This document shows positions 59,790 through 64,000 of a stretch of DNA of 64,000 nt, piece after piece. Origin of the DNA: Candidatus Omnitrophota bacterium (lineage in GTDB: Bacteria; Omnitrophota; Gorgyraeia; Zapsychrales; Fredricksoniimonadaceae); assembly GCA_028865345.1 (NCBI GenBank), contig JAGWKL010000003.1, forward strand, positions 184 to 64,183, given 5' to 3'. The notes under the pieces are model-generated. The model ran no database searches and was not told the origin of the DNA. It was given only the letters and a program-made list of their open reading frames with translations. Each line of letters begins with the position of its first letter. Positions within the stretch are counted from its first letter, which is position 1. The translations under genes and the position numbers were made by a program.

Positions 59790-60517
59790 TATTCTATCCC
59801 CGTGATTTCCAGAAAAACGTCCTGCAGGGACTTGTCCTGCAAAATTTGTTTTTTATCGCCGATGCGCACGATGGTGCCATTATTGATGATGCCGATGGTT
59901 TTGCAAAGCTTTTCTGCTTCTTCCATATAATGGGTGGTCAAAAAGATGGTTTTGCCTTCTTTGTTGAGCTGCAGCAGATAGTCCCAGATCAGGAATTTCA
60001 GTTCCAGGTCGCAGCCGGAGGTCGGCTCGTCGAGGATAAGTATTTCCGGGTCATGGATCAGGGCGCGGCACAACAGCAGGCGTTTTTTCATCCCGCCGGA
60101 CAGGGCCCGGTGTTTGCAGTTGCGTTTCTCGGCAAGGCCGAAACGGTCAAGCAATTCATTGGCCCGGCGTTTGGCTTCCCAGGGGATGATGCCGAAATAT
60201 TCAGCCTGATAAACTAAAAGCTGATAGATGGTCAAAAAAGGATCAAAATTGGATTCCTGGGCGCAGAGGCCGATCAGGCGGCGGCTGTGGAGGTATTCCG
60301 AGGTGACATCGTATCCGAAGACTTTCACCTGGCCGTTTTGATAATTGGAAAGCCCGGTCAGGACATTGATGGTGGTGGTTTTGCCGGCGCCGTTGGGCCC
60401 TAAAAAGGCGAAGAAATCCCCGCGCTTGACCTCGAAAGAAATTTTGTTCAGGGCCTGGAAATTTTCATAAAATTTGGTCAGGGCTTTGATGGAGATGGCC
60501 AGTTCCGAATTACGCAT
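59789..60517 (-). CDS. ABC transporter ATP-binding protein (YadG-like, short)
   Basis: GPNGAGKTT, LSGGMKKR, LILDEPT, TTHYMEEAE; start at ATG 60517. Confidence 0.92.
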   Translation of the reverse strand: MRNSELAISIKALTKFYENFQALNKISFEVKRGDFFAFLGPNGAGKTTTINVLTGLSNYQNGQVKVFGYDVTSEYLHSRRLIGLCAQESNFDPFLTIYQLLVYQAEYFGIIPWEAKRRANELLDRFGLAEKRNCKHRALSGGMKKRLLLCRALIHDPEILILDEPTSGCDLELKFLIWDYLLQLNKEGKTIFLTTHYMEEAEKLCKTIGIINNGTIVRIGDKKQILQDKSLQDVFLEITGIE

Positions 60518-61895
60518 TTTTTTTCTCCAAAGCGGCTTTTGCTTTTCGGGCGGCGTTGCGGACGATTTCCGGCAAGGCCGGATGGATATAAATGGTGCGC
60601 AGCATATCGTCAAGCGTTGCATTCATATTCATGTACGCGATGATCATGTGGACCATGTCTGAGGCCTCGGGCCCGATGATGTGCCCGCCTAATATCTTGC
60701 GGGTTTTGCGGTCGACCAGGATTTTACAAAAACCATGGTCAGCCAGCAGGGCCATGCCCATGGCCGAGCTTTTGTAAGGATTAAGCCCGACGGCGTAATC
60801 AATGCCTTGGGCCTTCAATTCTTCTTCCGTAGCTCCCACCGAGGCCACCTGTGGATGGGTGAATACCGCGTGAGGCATGGGAGGATAATGGATGGGAGTC
60901 TTCGGCGTACTGCCGAATAAATAGTCAAAAAGGTATTCGCCTTCGAAATTAACGCTGTGGCGGAAGAAATATCTTCCGATGCAGTCTCCAAGGGCGAAGA
61001 CCCCGGGCACGCTCGTTTCCAGGAATTCATTGACCTTGATAAAGTTGCCGGGCAGCAACTCAATGCCCGTATTGATGAGGTCAAGCGTGTCCGCGTTGGA
61101 CGTGATCCCGGACGCCATCAAGAGCGCCTGCGCGCTGACAGCAAGATTTTCCCCGTTTTGGGAATAGTGCACGGTGAAAATGTTGTTATGGTGTTCGACC
61201 TTTGTTACGGCCGCACCCAGGAGGACATCATGATAACGGCTAAAGACTTTCTGGAATTCCGCGGCAATCTCTGCATCTTCTTTGCGTAAAAGTTTCGAGC
61301 GTACCAGGAAGGTCGTCTTGGTGCCCAGGCTGCCGTAAGCGTGCCCTAATTCACAGGCGATGTACCCGCCGCCGATGATGATCATCGACGAAGGCAGGGC
61401 GGTATTGCGCAGCGCCTCGGTGGACGTCATAAAGGGTGTACCGGCCAGGCCCGGAATATGAGCAACGGCAGGGCGCGTGCCCACGGCGACAAAAATTTTG
61501 TCTGCCGTGATTTGTTCGCCGTTGATCTCGATGGTTTTATTGTCAAGGAAGCGGGCCGCGCCTCTGTAAAAACTGATGTTGGGATGCTTGGTATAATTGG
61601 CCTCGATTTTGTCCGAATCCGCGTCCACCGTTGAAGAGATCCGGCTTATAAGTTTGGCAAAATCAACCTGGAATTTCGGATCATTGTGAATATCGAAGCG
61701 GTGCGCTTCCTTGATCTCCGTGGCCACATCCGCGGGGTGGATGAGCATCTTGGAAGGGATGCAGCCGCGGTTGAGGCAGGTGCCGCCCAGGCGGTCCTTT
61801 TCGATGACCGCGACCTTAAGTCCCCTGGAAGCGGCAGGGGACGAGATTTTGGCCCCGCCGCCTGAGCCGATGGTGATAATATCAAACTTTTTCAT
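60510..61895 (-). CDS. Class-I pyridine nucleotide-disulfide oxidoreductase (mycothione reductase / Lpd-like)
   Basis: IGSGGG, GGTCLNRGCIPSKM, GGGYIACE, IHPALPE. Confidence 0.88.
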   Translation of the reverse strand: MKKFDIITIGSGGGAKISSPAASRGLKVAVIEKDRLGGTCLNRGCIPSKMLIHPADVATEIKEAHRFDIHNDPKFQVDFAKLISRISSTVDADSDKIEANYTKHPNISFYRGAARFLDNKTIEINGEQITADKIFVAVGTRPAVAHIPGLAGTPFMTSTEALRNTALPSSMIIIGGGYIACELGHAYGSLGTKTTFLVRSKLLRKEDAEIAAEFQKVFSRYHDVLLGAAVTKVEHHNNIFTVHYSQNGENLAVSAQALLMASGITSNADTLDLINTGIELLPGNFIKVNEFLETSVPGVFALGDCIGRYFFRHSVNFEGEYLFDYLFGSTPKTPIHYPPMPHAVFTHPQVASVGATEEELKAQGIDYAVGLNPYKSSAMGMALLADHGFCKILVDRKTRKILGGHIIGPEASDMVHMIIAYMNMNATLDDMLRTIYIHPALPEIVRNAARKAKAALEKKNA

Positions 61896-61906
61896 AATTT
61901 TACCCG

Positions 61907-62056
61907 CGTCTCATCGGGGCCTGGTTCGTCGCGATGTTGACGTGCTTCTGATTGAAACGTGTAGCCAGAAGCCTTATAGGACGAGGTTTCCCTCATTCGC
62001 CCTTGCCTCACTTTCCGTCCGCTCGTTAACATCGCTCCCCACCACCCGGTGAGACG
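61907..62056 (-). repeat. Structured dispersed element, family 1, copy E2 (overlaps the dusB 3' end)
   Basis: Minus strand CGGGTGG..GAGCGGACGG..GGCAAGGGCG..GAAACC..AGCAC..CAGGCCCCG; stems 61931-42/62024-35 and 61907-18/62045-56 (11/12 pairs each). Confidence 0.8.
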
Positions 62057-63005
62057 TTAGATATTTTTCCAAACAGTCGACCACTTGTCCTATCGTCGTG
62101 CATTGCATTAACGCGCTCCTGACGGACGAAATATTGGACAATCCTTTTAAATAGCCTACGTAATGCTTGCGGAAGGTCAAAACCCCGTATTTTTCTCCCT
62201 TATACCTTACATTTAATTTCAAATGCTCGATGCAGGTCCGGATTTTTTCTTCAATGGACGGCTCCGGCAGGTGTTCGCCCGTTTGCAGGTAATGCTTGGT
62301 TTGCTTGAAGATCCAGGGATTGGCAATGGCGCCGCGGCCGATCATGACCCCGTCGCAGCCGGTTTCCAGCATGGCTTGGGCGTCTTGGGGGCAGGTGATG
62401 TCCCCGTTTCCGATCACAGGAATACGCACCGCTTTCTTGATTTTTTCAAGCCATGTCCAGTCGGCAAAACCGCTGTGCGCCTGCGCGCGGGTGCGGCAGT
62501 GCAGGGTCAGGGCCCGGGCGCCGCTGTTTTCCACCATTTTGGCAACGTCCAGGATGACAATGCTTTCTTCGTCCCAGCCCAGCCGGGTCTTGACCGTCAC
62601 CGGCAATTGGGTGGCCCGGACCGTCGCACGCACGATTTTCTCAAACAAGGCGAGGTCGCGCAAAAGGCCGGCGCCTTCATTGCGGGCCACATGGTTTTTT
62701 ACCCAGCAGCCGCAGTTGATATCGATAAAATCGGGCTTTAATTTTTCAATGGACTGTGCCGCTTCCGCCATGCTCTCGGGGCGGCCGCCGAAAATTTGGA
62801 TGGCCACGGGGCGCTCTTCGTCATCGATCTGGATTTTTTCCATGATGCGCGGGATGTCGCGGATAATGCCTTCGGAAGATGTAAATTCGGTGTAGACGAT
62901 GTCCGCGCCCAGGCGCTTGCAGATAAGTCGGAAGGGAAGTTCCGTGACGTCCTCCATGGGTGCCAGGCACAGCGGTTTATTGATCTCAATGGGACCGATT
63001 TTCAT
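61974..63005 (-). CDS. dusB: tRNA-dihydrouridine synthase (DusB-like)
   Basis: LAPMEDVT, QIFG, IDINCGC, PVTVKTRLGW, H.RT, NGD, GVMIGRG. Confidence 0.93.
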   Translation of the reverse strand: MKIGPIEINKPLCLAPMEDVTELPFRLICKRLGADIVYTEFTSSEGIIRDIPRIMEKIQIDDEERPVAIQIFGGRPESMAEAAQSIEKLKPDFIDINCGCWVKNHVARNEGAGLLRDLALFEKIVRATVRATQLPVTVKTRLGWDEESIVILDVAKMVENSGARALTLHCRTRAQAHSGFADWTWLEKIKKAVRIPVIGNGDITCPQDAQAMLETGCDGVMIGRGAIANPWIFKQTKHYLQTGEHLPEPSIEEKIRTCIEHLKLNVRYKGEKYGVLTFRKHYVGYLKGLSNISSVRSALMQCTTIGQVVDCLEKYLTSHRVVGSDVNERTESEARANEGNLVL

Positions 63006-63133
63006 AAGGAGGGTTATTATAGCTGAATTCCCCGTGGATGCAAATATTGCATGCTCTTGCCTTTTGACGGCTTTCGCCTATAATTAAGCGTCCGTAGCAG
63101 CTCAACTTTACGACGTCGAAAGGACAGGAAATA

Positions 63134-64000
63134 TTGGCTATCGTGTTGGATCCAAGCGAACCCCCGATCAACCGCGGCATAAAGACCGTCGGCATCGGCA
63201 AAAAAGGGAGCAAAAGCCTCACCTTCCAGCTGGCCCTGGAAATAGCCGAGGACTTAAAGTCAGGTAAGGTCAGTGAGGCGGCCAAGGGCGCCTTTTTTGC
63301 CGGCTTATGCGCTAAAGGCATAGGGCCGGATGAAGAAGTTTTGGGCAGGGCTTTTCCCCCCGGCGTTCTGGACGATCCGGCCGAATTATTAAAAACAATC
63401 GCCGCTGACGCTCCGGAATTTGTGCTTTGGATCTGCAGGCAATTGTCGGAAGGTCATACGCTGGATAAGCAAACCGCTTATGATCTGGGAAAATTTTTGT
63501 TTTCCGAAGGGCCCGGCGATGCGGCCCGCGGATGGGTGGCCAGTTTCCTGCGGGTGCGTTACGAAACCGACGACGAATATGAGGGCCTGCTGCAGGCCAT
63601 GGAGGACACTCTCGGGCCCCCATTTAAGGCTCCGGCGCCGGAAGGTGAGCCGGTCATCCAGATTTCAGAACCTTTTGACGGGACGGACCATTCCTATATG
63701 ATCACCCCTTTGATCGGCCGGGCCTTGCAGGCCCAAGCCTATCGGGTGGTGCACCAGGTTGGCCGCAACAGCGGGCCCAAGGCAGAAATGAACTTGTGGG
63801 ACATTGCCCGGGCTTTGGGAACAAGGCCCGCGGCGAGCAATGCAGATTTATCCTCGGCTAAACCCGAATTCGGGTGGTTTTTCCATCAGTCCGTGATGTC
63901 ACAGGCCCTGGACCGCTGGGTGGACCTGCGCCGTCAGATCATCAAGCGGCCGTTTTTGGCCACCCTTGAAAGATTCATCGATCCGTTGAAGGCACAGATT
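63134..64000 (+). CDS. Anthranilate phosphoribosyltransferase-like (glycosyl transferase family 3) protein, 3'-truncated
   Basis: Frame read by eye from TTG 63134 (absent from the ORF track, runs off the window): IKTVGIGKKGSKSL, GAFFAGL, FLRVRYE, EPFDG, GRNSGPK. Confidence 0.7.
   Translation, partial: MAIVLDPSEPPINRGIKTVGIGKKGSKSLTFQLALEIAEDLKSGKVSEAAKGAFFAGLCAKGIGPDEEVLGRAFPPGVLDDPAELLKTIAADAPEFVLWICRQLSEGHTLDKQTAYDLGKFLFSEGPGDAARGWVASFLRVRYETDDEYEGLLQAMEDTLGPPFKAPAPEGEPVIQISEPFDGTDHSYMITPLIGRALQAQAYRVVHQVGRNSGPKAEMNLWDIARALGTRPAASNADLSSAKPEFGWFFHQSVMSQALDRWVDLRRQIIKRPFLATLERFIDPLKAQI

Overview
This is a gene-dense bacterial chromosomal segment with no rRNA, tRNA, CRISPR array, transposase or phage genes that I can recognise. 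The lineage is inferred, not shown: the giant modular gene suggests Ca. Omnitrophota (PVC superphylum). The + strand (1-53151) carries mostly housekeeping genes: proC, mtnP, ileS-dksA-like-lspA-lgt-rluA, aroA, mreBC, an ABC-2 pair, yceI, two PilZ genes, uvrB, coaX, CIRCE-controlled groESL, guaB3-guaA, dnaE, HU/IHF, hisS-aspS, phoH-HD-ybeY, mreD-mrdA and envelope/TPR genes. The - strand block holds ilvBN and a glutathione/redox cluster (gshA, gshB, grx, bolA, grxD, ABC-2 pair, disulfide reductase, dusB). Main unexplained signals: (1) a 1898-aa exported protein whose cargo modules, including a UDP-sugar pyrophosphorylase-like and a phosphohexomutase-like domain, are separated by a recurring [DN]-[AP]-A-M motif, suggesting a polyprotein or cassette system; (2) a dispersed family of ~145-bp structured elements (4 full copies plus 1 remnant) with fully covarying stems, one in frame inside asmA and one supplying the dusB C-terminus; (3) a second ~42-bp hairpin repeat tied to a duplicated or replaced bolA 5' end and to one breakpoint of a split mre operon; (4) two adjacent large palindromic elements upstream of mreD. 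All calls come from reading motifs by eye; no searches were run.
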